Positions 11,921 to 26,090 of a stretch of 64,000 bases of DNA are shown in pieces (the first letter of the stretch is position 1; every line of letters starts with the position of its first letter). Source of the DNA: Octopus sinensis. Its lineage: Eukaryota. Made by a program: the position numbers and the translations under genes. The stretch is from positions 14,818,001-14,882,000 of the forward strand of contig NC_043009.1 in the NCBI RefSeq assembly GCF_006345805.1, read 5' to 3'. The notes under the pieces are model-generated. The model saw nothing but the letters and a program-made list of their open reading frames with translations, searched no databases and was not told the DNA's origin.

Positions 11921-13269
11921 AGCAATTTTGCCAAAATATAATGATACAAACTAATATATTAGATTGATGATTTTAATTACACTCTGGTCAGAATGGAATA
12001 TTAAATACCATTCCTACGACTAGAAGTTAATAATCTCATCCATATCATACCAGAATGTTGTTAACTCCAAGGTATCAATTTTCTTTTTGTGATTACGTCC
12101 ACTAAATCAAAGTTTGCACTTAGTTTTTAATTAACCTTAATTTCTATTGCTCAAAGATTTGTTAACCAGCATGTTAAAAGGTCTGAACAATAACTAGTTA
12201 AATGAAATTCAATATATAGCACTTACCCTAGAAACGACTGGCTAAGAAACTTTTCTGAGCAACGTATTGGTAGCAACAGAGTGGGAAGAATGCAAAGGAC
12301 ACCAACTAAAATGATTAGAAGAGTTAGTGTTTTATTGAATAACCTGACGAAATATCCTTCAGAATGACTTTAAAACTGTACTTACTGCATCAAGTTACTT
12401 TAAACTCCTCGACAAGTTATACTGTTTTCTTAACCCAGTAAGAGTAATTAATAGCATAATAGAAATTATTCCTAACACCTAAATATATAATTTGCACACC
12501 ATGATAAATTATTTTGTAAATTATTTCATTTGTCTCATAATTGTGTTTCTATAATTAAAAGAATTATTATTCTCCTTTGCAATAATTGAATTACCCTTTT
12601 GAATATGTAGAAAGTTTACAATACAAAAATACAAGTAATATCGAAGTCGGATACGAAGAAGCTAATTAGCTGATTATCAATATCTTTCTTATCTTTCATA
12701 CTGTACATTACATAACCTTGTCTACGTCACATCAGCGCACCACCTTCCATTGAAACAAACTACTTCCCTTATATACAAATACGATGTAACTGGAGCTGCT
12801 TGAAACAAACATAATTACCGGTCCTGAAGATATCCTTTCTATCACACACGAGTACTACGCCACATATATTTATTTGTATACTGACACTCTTCGGGAACAT
12901 ATTTGAAGCAACACTTCGATATGTGCAATGCCAAAACAAAAAAAGACATAATAATGTCTTTAAAATGATATAAAATAATGGTGGAAAACAAGTGTGGTCC
13001 TATCGTTCTTATTTCTAATATTTTAAGGATAATGGAGGGAACCATTATAAATGACATTCACCATCGCCATGAAAAGTTCGTTCGCTTTAGGGATCGTCAG
13101 AACGGATAGGGCCAGGTCCATATATGACCTTCTCGTACATGCCAGTTGGTTCTTGTTTTGCAGTATTTCTTTGGAAAATATGTCGATGATCAAAATTTTG
13201 AAAGAGTTCGACTGCGTAAGGCATAGAAATTTCAATTAAAAAATTCTTTAGACAAGAATCCATCTACTT

Positions 13270-13600
13270 CTTATCCCTAGAATATGCAGCTCCCTATCAG
13301 GTCACACCATCGTGTGATATGTTGGAAGTGCTACTTCTTCCCAACAAGGAATCATACTTAGCTTTCTTCAGGCTTCCGTTTTGCTTCCACATGATTCTTC
13401 AACACATCAGCAGCCTACTTGCCATTCTCTACATTAGAAAAACACATGCTCCTATGCACCTGATAAGACACTTCAGTGCTTTCTAAATTTCACTGACCAT
13501 GCATCAACCGCATGCACATCGTACATTATACACCAGACCCGCATTGATTCCATAAATTTAGCCTGCTCCTTGGAGTCAGATTAACCTTGTCCCCTTTAGC
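13270..13600 (-). mobile_element. Possible highly decayed RTE-like LINE 3' fragment
   Basis: Weak, frameshifted resemblance to RTE RT C-terminal motifs (LMHG.., VEESCG..). Confidence 0.3.
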
Positions 13601-15448
13601 ATAAAATATGCAAAGAAAAAAACCCGAAAAAAGTATGTTCCGGCTTTAAATATATAACGAAGACACAGCCACACCAAACACACATTCGCAATATTACGAT
13701 GTGTGGCATTGACTTAGAAACCTCGTATTTACTAGAAATGTTAGGCCTGAATACCAACGAGGATCTCTTGTAGTGAAATCTGATTCTTGGTATAGAGTGG
13801 GCCACATTTTAAAGTGTAGACCTTTTCGTCAGCGTCAGAGCCTGATGACATTTCAGCTTTCAGAAAATGTTCTCACTCAACGAGGCTTAATTCAGACATA
13901 GAATGGAATACTGCACTCACATCTGCGACTGTGCTGCTACGCTCAATGATATCATAGCTAGAATCCACAGAATAGGAACTTGACTGCTTTGCATAAAGTG
14001 ACTAACGGGCACATTCAAATCTTTAATCTACAGAAGTAGTTTCCACGCTGTCTCTTTTCATTCACCGCCATAATAGACTGAGCTAACTGTTCTTATATTC
14101 TCTACCATCCAGGTACTCCCGAACTGCTTGCCTCCCTACATTTCGCGCACTGACAGTAAACCCCAAAATTCTAGTTCTTTCTATATCGAACATATCTGTC
14201 TGAATATTTCTGGCTGCTAATGTCTTATATGCTGCTATACCAAGTAATCTTTTAATCAGTTTATTTACGGCATTAGCCTTGCTGTTCTTATAGGGCCTGT
14301 AGAGGTCATAGCAGTGCCTCTTCATTCAAGTAAAACATATAATATTCCTATGCTGAACGGGAATAACACATTATCCCAAAATATTCAATATAACACCGAC
14401 GTATAAGTTACTAAGATATGAACTTCTTTGGTCATGCACATTATGTTCTTGTCGACTTCCATGTTATACAAATACTTTTTAAAGTATTTGTATAATTACG
14501 TATATCCCTCCATGATTCAACTTACAAAAGATAAACTACATACCTTTCAGACACCCAAATATTTTTCACCACATCATGCCAACTGTGATGTTTACGTTAG
14601 TATATTAGCTGACAGCTTGCAGTCGGATTATATTTACCTGTGATTAATGGAACAATTTGCAGGCGTTGCACAATTCGTTGCAACAGAGAGGAAACTTATA
14701 TAAATAATTATATATCGTGCGCACTGTTGTTTAAAACCATTCCACATCCGAAATGCGTAATGTTCACTTCTAATGATGTGCAATCTTTGATGGGAGGAGA
14801 GCCCCCAGTTATTAAAATGTAAACATTTCAAATGTCTAAGTTACTAAAGGTAACATGAGTATACTTAACTTCGTTGGAAATTCTGCACATCTACATTTCA
14901 CGCAATCACTGAATCTTTTGTTACTAACGAAGCCTGGAAGTGAAATATATTCAACGTATATATAAATACATCCAATGTTTTTTTTCTTTCTTCTTTTATT
15001 TCTCCTGAAGAAAGAAACTACAAAGCTGATTATTTACTTTAGAATGATAATGTGTTACGGAATATCATTGTAAGTAAAATAACATAATCTAAGCAATAAG
15101 CCTTTTTCTAAGGAGAATGAGTTGCATTGGGATATTACGCTGGTCCTGTCTGTTGTGCGTTAAGCAAAGATATTTCAAGATACACAAATATTTTTCCATT
15201 AGTTATCTTCAGTTTCGTCTTAAGGAATGATTGTTAGTATTTGCCACGTGAATATATTCCGTTCTCAACTGAGAAAATGATGGCTATGCATTAATATTAT
15301 TGTTTACTTTAAACAAATTTAATTGAAATAATGTTCAGAGTGAATCAGTTGTTTACGTACCTATACCTACACACTTAAACATAAGTGTATATATATATGC
15401 ATATGCATGCGTATACACATATATATATATATACATGCACACAGATAC

Positions 15449-15505
<57 letters not shown>

Positions 15506-15637
15506 TGCACACAGATACATATATATATATATACATATACATATATATATGTATATATATATATATACATACACACACACATATATACATATATATATAT
15601 ATATTTATTTATATATATATATATATATAATATATAT

Positions 15638-15670
<33 letters not shown>

Positions 15671-16857
15671 GTACATATAATTGTACCTATCACTATACAT
15701 ACACACACTCATGTATAAATACGTAGGTATTAATGTGGGAAAACTGCCATATGCTTACAGACTAAAAAATAATTTGAAGGAAAGAAACTAACAAGCATCA
15801 AAATTATTTCATTGATTTGATTTTGCTTTTTTATAAATTAAGGTAATGTACATTTCAAAACGCACCAAATATTGTATTTTTCTCTATTTCTTTCACAAAT
15901 ATTTCGACCCAGCTATGCAGAAATACATTGAAAGAAATGACGCGTTCGCACTTTTGATATTCTTGTGAACATTAAACTGAAATCGCTAAAATAAGTTTAT
16001 GTCAAGCTATCCCTAATCTGGTTGCAAGATTGCATCTACGTCGTACTATAACTTATAGAAGGAGCAAATAATCTGTTCATATGGGTAATTTGATAACTAA
16101 AAACACATAAGACTATCAACTTCAATTTATTGAAGAATTAACTCGTATGTAGGCCCAGCATATGCAGAGTACCTAAACGTATTTGTTGTACGCCAGGATG
16201 ATAAAGCTACACGTACCTCTTCTAACAGGTCCTCGTATATTTACTACATATCAAAAAGAGACTGAAACTCAAATAGGACTGGGTGAAGGCCAGCTAGATG
16301 ACTAATACATTCCCCACGATACTAAGAAATACAGGTATATCTTGTTTGCATATAGATATTATGCCTACATTCTCATCTCATTCACTTTCTAATTAAAGTT
16401 CAATTACGCACACTATATTAAAAGCATTTTGGAATGACCGTCTACATGACTCGTTTTTCAAAACATAGTCTCATATTGTTTAATTTAAAATTAAAAGTCA
16501 TTAATATCTACTGTTTTGTTATTCACCGAAAATCTGGAATTCCCAATATGAGAGAAAACAGAAATTTGATATCCCATTCAACGTCCAGTAACTAGTTTTT
16601 GCTTCTGTGTTTACGTATATGAATAAAGCACAACAAATAAGAAACAGTACTTATTAACATTAGTGTATCTACAATTTCTATATATCACCTTGTTTATATT
16701 TCTCGAAAAACTTATGTGCTTTGAAGTGTAGTAAATTAATATTTTTTCTCGTCGCAGTCCTACACACATACACACGCAAATAAACCTACAAAGTATACAT
16801 ATACATAGATACAAACATACATGTATGTGTTTCTGCCTGCATATGTACATAGAAAGC

Positions 16858-16920
<63 letters not shown>

Positions 16921-16979
16921 TGTATCTATATCTGTTCGCTAGCTTTTTCCCAGTAGCTTAATAAAAGCACTGGTTTTTG

Positions 16980-17326
16980 CAAAATTGAGCAGTGTGAGAG
17001 GTAGCTGGCATGAAACTGCTATGATATTTTGCATCTTTGTCTGAAGAGGAAAAGTCAGCTGCGAATATTCCGCGTATCGAGTCGTCTAAATTTGCGTCCA
17101 TTTAGCTTTCGTCTACTTCCCAGTTTACTCAGCTTTCTTATAACCTTTCTCCTTGCAGTAATCATTTTGTTCAACTCCCAATACATCCACGTATGTAGCG
17201 CAATGCACATCGTTTGTAAAAAATATTCCTTGAATATTCTTGTGCCAGCCTTAACCTTATCGCCACAATTACACTATATTTTTTCCACGATTTTCTCTTT
17301 CAGTCTCATTTTCGTTCTCTCTTTCA

Positions 17327-17371
<45 letters not shown>

Positions 17372-17945
17372 CTTTCCCTTTTCCCTCTTACCCTATCTTT
17401 TTCCACCCCTAATCTTACTCTCTCTCTCCATTCATACCGTCTCTTTCCGACCTCGCTTCCCCCCTTGCACCTTTCCCCTCTTTCACTCTTTCTTACTCTG
17501 CTCCTTCGCTCTCTCTCTCTCTCTATCTGTCATTTCCCCTCTCTTCCTCTGCTCCTTCGTTCTTCCACTGTCATTTGCCCCCTCTATCTTGTTCTCAACG
17601 CTTCCTCTTCCATACCACGTGACTGATGATCGGTTAAAGCGGTGTTGTCCTTTTTCACCCTAGCTCTGACCAGACTGATCACACTGGCCTCGGCCCTGCT
17701 ACGTCCGTCCTGTCCTCTAGGACTTACCCTATTTCCTGTTTGCGCAATCTCACTTATTTCGTACGGCAGCTGCAAAGCGCTGGCTCCTGCAAACTTGAGC
17801 AGTGTCAAAGGTAACTGGCGTGAAACTGCTATGATAATTTGCGTCTTTGATTGAAGAGGTAAACTCAGCAGAAAATATTCGTGTAACGTGTTGTCTAATT
17901 TTCCGGCCGTTTACTTTTCATCTACTCTCCCGTTTACTCTGCTTT
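16980..17945. repeat. Pair of diverged ~170-bp direct repeats (about 16980-17150 and 17788-17945) bracketing a CT-rich tract
   Basis: GCAAAATTGAGCAGTGTGAGAGGTAGCTGGCATGAAACTGCTATGATA versus GCAAACTTGAGCAGTGTCAAAGGTAACTGGCGTGAAACTGCTATGATA; the two remain colinear downstream. Confidence 0.85.
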
Positions 17946-18653
17946 CGTCTAACTGTTCAGAACACAAACATATATATGCTTATATGAATGAACGATAGCA
18001 ATTATTTCATATTCCGAAGTGCTGAAGAATTGTCGCTTTCGATTCTTGTTAATAAACGTAACAGATATACCGTAAGAAGAATATTTAGTTTCCACTCATA
18101 TAAAATTACTAATAATGCACATTCTAGATTTCGTTGCGTCAAATTGAACGTGTACAAGATGTGTTTCACGCCGTCATATTTTGAAGCTGTAAATTTATTC
18201 ATCAACAACGAGTTTGTCTATCGCATACTTTAATCAAAAGATTGATTGCACCTAATTTAGGTTTGCTAATTTAATTATTTCGAATAATATTTTCCTCTGT
18301 CTTAGTTGAACTTAAGGAATATTACTTAATTATATTCTAATAGGTTTCTAATATATTTGAATTATTTTCATTAATATTTTTGAGACATTACTTTTATTAA
18401 TTCTTTACAAACTTTCAAATTGTCCAATATATGAACTCTCTTGAAATAGCATGAATGCAAAATACTGTGCAATTATACTCTCCATATTCAAATGAAAAAA
18501 TATCATACTGCATGATAAATTTTAACAGACATAAATATGTATACCTGCATTCGAGCATCACACATTTTGGCTTTTTGGTACGTTTCCGTCGTACCGAAAA
18601 TGCTCACGAGAATATAATGATTAAATATCTTCTTCCCTCACTCTGTCTGTCTG

Positions 18654-18700
<47 letters not shown>

Positions 18701-19418
18701 CACACACACACACACACATACAGACACACACAGTGTAACTAGTTTGTTCAATTAGAAAACATGGTATGTGCGTTATGCATTCTTGGTTTTCCGTTGTTAC
18801 ACTCCGAAATTATTTGTGAAATCATTATGAAAGCAATGTTTTATACCAATGTCAATTGTTATCAGGCAGCTATGACGAAGATGTGATCACATGCCTTACG
18901 CTTAGCCTTGATGATGTAGTCTTATAGCCAGAAGTATTCTAGTCCTAAATTTTACAGAAAATTTAAGGCGTTTATATAGATCTGGAAAATAATGTTCTTT
19001 TTGTTACCTATAGGAGTGTGTATATACTATGTGCGTGGATACATACTATGTATTTGTCTGCATGGATGCGTGTGAATATTTGGAGGTTTGATTAGAAGGG
19101 GCAAAAAGAGAAAAAAGAAAGAAGATCGAGAGAATGAAAGACAAGAACAACAGAAAACAGGGCTGGAGGCAAACAGAGAACGAGAACATAATTAAGTAAC
19201 AAAGAAAGAAAGAGAAAAAAAGCGGGGAAGGTTTATTTGAGATGGTTTCTATTGTATTTGTATCGTCAGTTGCTACACAGTTGTTTGCTGAAGATGTCAA
19301 CTATGTTTTAGTTATTGTTGTGAAGGCATTCCCTCCATCTCTCTCTTCCTCTTTCTCTCTCTCTCTTTCTCTGTTGTTAAGCAGCTTTCTCCCACTGACG
19401 GAGATATGTGACTGCCGT

Positions 19419-19675
19419 TGTACTATATTTGCTGTTTTACGCTCGCAGCCACAATAGCTACTAGTCATCGGATACCGTTGTATCTCTTCGTACCAGAATA
19501 CACTAACTTCTGTCTACTAACACGGAACGCTCCACAAGTCACCAAGTAGAACTGTCAACTCTCACGTCTTCGACTCTCTACCCTCCCTTGACGGCCGGCT
19601 ACTGATCTATTTATACTAGCACTCTCGTAACACTTTTTTTTTACCGGGAGGGGTATACCATTTCACTATATAACA
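19419..19675 (-). repeat. 3' LTR (~257 bp) of the Gypsy remnant
   Basis: Begins TGTTATATAG directly after the polypurine tract and ends ATATAGTACA (TG...CA, with short inverted termini). Confidence 0.65.
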
Positions 19676-20860
19676 TCTCCTTTTGTAATAATTTTATTTA
19701 ACAAAGCGTCGATGCATCAACATGGCCGCAGCTCTGAGCTGAAAATAGAGAGAAAAAAAAAGAAATCAATTTCTTTTATTCTCTCCACCTCTTAATTTTT
19801 TTTTATATATATACTCAATATCTTTTCTTCTTAGGGTTTACGTTTAGGTATTCAGTATTCTTCTTTTTCTTTTTGTAGTGTGGTTTCGAATTCTTGTAAC
19901 TGTGTTGGAACCTGAAAAGTGTCATATAGCCAGTGAATCGGTATTTCTACTTTTGTTCGCTCCTTTTCTATGACTCTTTCCTTAAACTGATTTCTATGTC
20001 CCCTTTCCATTCCATTTCTGTTTCTTAAAGCATCCATCATTCTTCCTATATATGTTACAATTTCCCCGTCTTATCAGTATTGCTTGCCCTTTTTGTACAT
20101 TCTTGCATATATTTTATCACCGATACTAAAGAAATTTTATATGTCTTTCCTAGCACGTATTTTTTTCTTCACTGGTAACAGTTTATCAAATACTGATTTC
20201 ACCTTTCTGGCAAACATTAATTCTGCTGGTCATTTAATCCGGTTGAGAAGTCTGCGCACACTCTTAGTGTCTTATTTTTTTTTTATTTTACGCATTCTGC
20301 CGGTGCCGCCCAGCCTGCGGGGTTAATCTTTTCAATTATATTCAGTATTTCCAGCCTCTCTAGTTCTTTATTGACCAGTTCATCGACCTCAAGTTTACAT
20401 TATTGTACGAAACGCTTATGGGTGTATACTATAAATTAAATTTCTCCATACATTCGGTGCCAAATAAATTCATGGAATTTTTAATACATAAACATTCAAT
20501 TTTTTTTATTCGACCTTTGAACATTATATTACGGACGCATTCGCCCGTTAAATATACTTTTCTTCTTTAACGCCACAAACTATTTTGTTTGTACTACATA
20601 ATTTTGGTTTACCCATTTGTTCCTATGTTTTCACATTTATGATTGTGATGTTACTTCCCGCGTGAAATTGCAGTCTGACATTGATGGTTTCAATTCTCTC
20701 GTTCACGAATTTTCTGTTTGTTGTAGTTATATCATTTCCTGCTGAAAAACTATTTATTTTTTCTGCAGTGAGATTTTATATATCTTATACACCCGCAGCT
20801 AAAACATTTTGCTTTTTATACAGACAATCATTTTGAGCTGCATCTCACCACATGCAGTTC
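19419..20860 (-). mobile_element. Gypsy/Ty3 LTR retrotransposon remnant, internally deleted
   Basis: Minus-strand order: gag CCHC knuckles (NDCLYKK.KCFSCG..YIKSHC), protease (NVRLQFHAGSNITIIN), RT start (ELERLE..IIEK..WAAP..LRVCADFSTGLN), integrase C-terminus, PPT AAAAGGAGA, then an LTR. Confidence 0.75.
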
Positions 20861-20929
20861 TCTGGATATGATCAGATAGATGGGGTTCGAGTATACAGGG
20901 GTGCTAGAAAGAATTTAGCTAACATTATA

Positions 20930-21545
20930 CGTAATGATACCAGTAGTACCTGCCCTAGATATAGAAAGACTGGAATAGGATACAAAGAAATTGTGATAAA
21001 GCGAGGAGGGTGAACACGTGGTATAAAACCGATAAATATCAACGAGTGATGTTTGTAGAGACCACAACCCATGGAGAACTAAGCCGTATATTCAGAAAAA
21101 AGCTCTGAAGGAGACCAAACTCAACTTTAAGATTGTTGAACATCGAGGAAACTCCATCAGATCACAACTATGTAGGACGCACCCCTTTGAGAATACCATA
21201 TGCACCAATGATAACTGCATGGTATGTAAGACTAACCCTGGCATTAACTGTAGAACAAGAAAAGTAGTTTACAGTCTAAGATGCATAGAATTTGCTTGTA
21301 AAAACATGAACATGACATACATAGGGGAGACACCAAGGAGCGTTGCGGAACGACGGAATGAACATTTGAGACAATATGACGACATAAAAATAGTCCACCG
21401 TACATTACCAACAAGCCAAGGACTAACATGAAGGCAACCTGGGTCAACTTGACATCAGGCATCCTACCCAAGCACCCGAAGGACCCAACACTCAGCAAAA
21501 TACAGGAGTACATCCTCAGAAATGAAATCTCCCAATACTAAATAA
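20930..21545 (+). pseudogene. Penelope-like element linker and GIY-YIG endonuclease remnant
   Basis: VMFVETT..GEL..FKIVEHRG..HPF..CTNDNCMVCKTNPGINCRTRKVVYSLRC..TYIGETPRSVAERRNEHL; frameshifts present. Confidence 0.85.
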
Positions 21546-21653
21546 GAAATATACATAGTAAATATTATACCTCCATATCCAGTTAACAAAGGTGGAGTAG
21601 AATAGTTACTGGGCTGTTATGTAGATAGATGTATGTACGTGTGTGTCTGAGTG

Positions 21654-21723
<70 letters not shown>

Positions 21724-21726
<3 letters not shown>

Positions 21727-22054
21727 TGGTGACACCCTTCGGTCAGACACTGACCATGGGTTTGCACCTAGAGAGTTACCCTCTGAGGCACAAGTCTGGG
21801 CAAGGTTGTTTTTTATGGAAGACCAGCAGTCGCCCATGCATACCGGCCTCCCCTCTCCACGTCACCGATGTTGTCCAAGGGAAAGGCATGGGCCGATACA
21901 GCTTGGCACCTGTGACGTCGCAACTCATTTCTACAGCTGAGTGAACTGGAGCAACGTGAAATAAAGTGTCTTGCTCAAGAACACAACACGCAGCCCAGTC
22001 CGGGATTCGAGCTCACAACCTCACGATCTAACCACTGAGCCATGCGCCTTCACT
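21724..22054 (-). mobile_element. tRNA-derived SINE family C, near full length, between (TA)n tracts
   Basis: Head GAAGGCGCATGGCTCAGTGGTTAGA (A box) and GAGCTCGAATCCC (B box); CORE-like TTCTTGAGCAAGACACTTTATTTCACGTTGCTCCAGTTCACTCAGCTGTAGAAATGAGT. Confidence 0.85.
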
Positions 22055-22059
22055 ATATA

Positions 22060-22153
<94 letters not shown>

Positions 22154-22177
22154 CATACATGTATACATATGTATATA

Positions 22178-22229
<52 letters not shown>

Positions 22230-25200
22230 TATATATATATAATGTATGTATGTATATGCACACGTATATAAGCATATGGATATGATGCTAAACAGATCAA
22301 AGTATTGACAGATAGGAATATAGGTTATATGAAGAGACACGTACACATACGCACAAATACACAAAAGAAAACTGAACATGACCATATGTAAACACGCACT
22401 TTACGTCAGATCACTCTATTATGCCTTAACTCAAAGAATTCGACTTTGATATAAATTCACAATTCAAGTATGCATAATTATGCTTGGACCTATCCGATAC
22501 GATATTACCGGATAGAAACGCGTCTAGTAATGCCGGAAGGAACATCGTAAATATTTACAATATAAGAGGTTTAAATTAAGTTAACTTTAATCAGAAAAAG
22601 TGAAGAGATAAAATCAGAAATTGATCCTCGGATTGGAATCCTGGTCCGAATATTTGAAACTGAAGGAGTGTAAACGGAAATGGAGGTGCTCATTTAACAA
22701 CAGTAAAATAATACAATCATGCCTGGAAATATATGCAAATATCTAAATATATTTTGTATTTCTTTTTTTTGTCTGTTGTACGATATGGTTGCTTTCCAAT
22801 GTGAGAACAATTCAAATTACAAACAACATAAGTGAATATAATTTATCGATTTAGACTGTGATGAGTGGGGAAATTTCCTTGGAACAACAAATGAAAATAA
22901 AGATAAGAAAGACTCAAAACAGCAAAACAATCACGAGAAACGAATTAGATAGCATGATCTAAGAGGAGAAATGTGATAGCAATTGGAGAAAAAAATAAAA
23001 CAATATTTGGAAATTAACATTAAGACCGAAAAAGAACAAGAGAACTGTTAGACTGCTTAACAGTTAAAACAGAGAGATAGTATTCAATTGATTTTTTTCC
23101 CGAGCAATGTTTGATATTGCCTGTTTCATCTTCTAACTAATTTTGATTATTATCCAAGTATCGTGTGTTGTTAAATAAGTTGTTGCATCTCACAAATTAT
23201 ATACAGCACCAGGTTTATGACATCGTTCATCAATCATTAAAGCAAATCCGGAATATTTATGACATCTGTGGTTCAGAAACCTAGATTTATGACATGGCGA
23301 TCTTATAAATCAACTGTTCCGTATATTCTACATGGCTATTGCATTAAACATATTTTCAGTCTTTGATGGTATCAGCCAATGATTCTATATATCAAGCAAT
23401 TGGACAATAACGAAATACTAAGTTTATATTGAATCTGCCCCCGTGTATTTGTCTTTGTGCAATAAAAATATATGTGTGCTGCTCTCCACATACGGATCTA
23501 ACGATATAGTCTGTATATCATAAGAATCTATTAGAAAAGCCAATCAAATTTACTTTAAATCATAAACATTATTTTCATGAGCAGAGTCGCATGATGTACA
23601 AGTTCATCTAGGATGCACCATTTCAGAAGTACAAAGGGTAGGTGCATAATTTAAGGGTTTTATCAGCTGCATGTTTTATCCATAACTACTTAGATGTAAA
23701 CTACTACATCACTGATAAGAGAAACTATACTTACATACTATATATATTTATAAATGTAATAAGCATGACAATGCTGCGATGATGCGACATGTTTAGCCCC
23801 TTTCGGCCTTCTGGATACTGTTCCCGCTTATATTTCAACAGATTCATAAGTTCCCACAAGACCCCAATGTATGAAACATATGAATATTAAAATTCCTCAT
23901 TCACTTTTCCTGAATGTAAGTTTGTCAACCGTTTAATTTTCCGTATGCTTCTAAATATTTTGAAGAAGACATGAATATTCCCCTGAAGCCATTAACGAGA
24001 ATCAAATTTTAATATAGTTTCCGGTTTTAAGTAATGACTTAGATACACAATTTTATTTAGTTTAAGAGCTTATGAAATCAATAAATAGCAAGGCTATTTC
24101 TATTTGCAACAGTTGGGCAAAGAATACTCGTACACGTGATCTAAAGGATTTCTACAACATCGCTAATATTTTGTTGAAGATAACGCTCTGTTACTGAATA
24201 AATCATACTGCTATATATAAGAAAAAACTACTATAACAATATTAAATATTTTTATTCTAGTGATCCTTTCACCAGATTGACATTTCGCTGTTATTTGAAA
24301 TTTTGGAATAGAATTGATTGTTACCTTATCATATATATTTATACATTGTCATAATTTTGATAATTGATTAAATAGTGCTTCAACATTTTCAGAAATGTTT
24401 TTGAATTGTAATATAAATGCTAACATTAAGACATATAAATAATTATTACATTAAATAAGTGTCCTAACCAGCCCCTGTCATTGAAAATAATACTATGAAA
24501 TTATTGACTTTTAATAAAAATAGAATTAATGACTTGATGTATAAGTTGGCAATTAAGTAACAGTATAAAGAACAAATGTAGGAACCTCATAAATGCATAA
24601 ACATAACTGGCATGTATACTGACATTTCTGAGTAAATGTTCTTACTTAAAGTGAATTGGGAAAAGATTGGTTTCAGCATTCAAGCGACGCCAATAAATAC
24701 TAAGGAAACTTGGGTTGCAACGAGGTAGCTTTGTCAGTTATTTGCAGAGATAAGCTTTTTTTGGAATGAAATACAATCTTCTTGAAAAACTTACAATAGA
24801 ATGTTTTGACTAAGATACAATCTCACGAAGATATAAGACGAAAGATTATGACTGATATATCACAATTATTCTGGATCTTTCCCTAAATAAGCAAAAAGAA
24901 AAAAATACAAAAATTCGACTTGGAAATAAAACCTTGAGTAGTGTCCGTACAGAAAGAAAACGTCATATGCTTTTTGTTTTTGGTTAGGATTTGTAAAACT
25001 GGATTCCAATTATTTTGCTGCTTTTATTATCTTTCATATAGTTTGCACCTACAAATTTCAAATATTTCTGATGATCTGTCTCAAAATTATTTTAATGTAC
25101 GTTTCAGGTACTCAGTATGATTATAAAAATGCAACTTATGAGGTTCGGATTAGGCTTATAGAGGGAAGTATATTTTGTTTAAAAATAACGAGAACATCTA

Positions 25201-25879
25201 TTTTAAAATATTAATGACTTGTAGGGGCGTGGGGTTTCGTTATGTAACCATGATATTCTATAACACGATATTGACTAATAAAATCCTGTATTAGAAAATA
25301 CCGAGGACGTCAAAGTCCTAATTTATATTTTCTTTAGTGTCTTTAATTTCTTTCTGCTAAAAAAAAAAGCGTAAAAGCGATTGATGATTTGTTATCGAAT
25401 ATAACTGGCAAGTAACTATGTGACTTTTTCTTGCAGCGTTTGTACACCCTGTGATTAAACACATACAGAATAGACGACGTCATTAAAAAAAATGTTTCAA
25501 ATTAGCAGCAGCGCTCTGTATTTTAAAAGTATAAAAATACGACATAAAGCCTTGTTTAATTTTCTGAAGATACTCAAAGCATAAACAGAAAGAAATAGTT
25601 CGAGGCAAGGACTGAAATTCTAAACATGCTTAAATTTTACTGCGGAGTTTGTCAAAGACTCAGATACGTTCCAATTTTTATAAATAGGGATTACCTAAAA
25701 ATATCATATCACTGAAATTATAAGAAAATAATTTACATCTCAGCTAAGTGTTGACATTTTCGAAATAATCAGTTTAGAATTGAAATAGAAGCATCTAAAC
25801 GGGTGTCCCGGTTGCAAATACATATCTGACTGTAGATCTGTAAATTTCTTTTTACTTCATAGCTTATATTGGGTTGAAA

Positions 25880-26090
25880 GTTTGGCACATGACCAGTAAT
25901 CACGGTGGGAGCGGTGCATAAGTCGATTACATCGAATCCGGTGCTCAACGGGTATTTTTATCGAATCCGAAGGACGAAGGTAAAGTCGACATCTGTCGAA
26001 TTTGAGCCCAAAATGTAATTACGGACGAATTACTGCTAAACTCATTTCCCAACACGCTAACATTTCTGCCTGCTTACCGCCTTCTACATG
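25880..26090 (-). mobile_element. SINE family B, diverged
   Basis: Reverse complement of the family B head and body (GGCGGTAAGCAGGCAGAAATGTTAGCGTG; GTCGACTTTACCTTCGTCCTTCGGATTCGATAAA). Confidence 0.75.

Noticed and set aside
13836-13880. CTGATGA followed by a CATTT/AAATG stem
   Set aside because: No GAAA after the stem, so it is not a hammerhead.
15353-15708. YI/IY/HT/CV-rich ORFs here and at about 5067, 9749, 21583-22385, 28416, 40475, 42054, 48264, 55663, 56171, 59564 and 62462
   Set aside because: They are translations of (TA)n, (CA)n and (TG)n microsatellites, which lack stop codons.
22490-22530. TATCC/GGATA stem followed by GAAACGCGTC (hammerhead 3' half)
   Set aside because: The 5' core is unrecognisable and there is no stem I; at most a relic.
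23842-23915. Segment with a good acceptor and AT|GTAAGT donor
   Set aside because: Stops in all three frames; a UTR exon cannot be supported from sequence alone.
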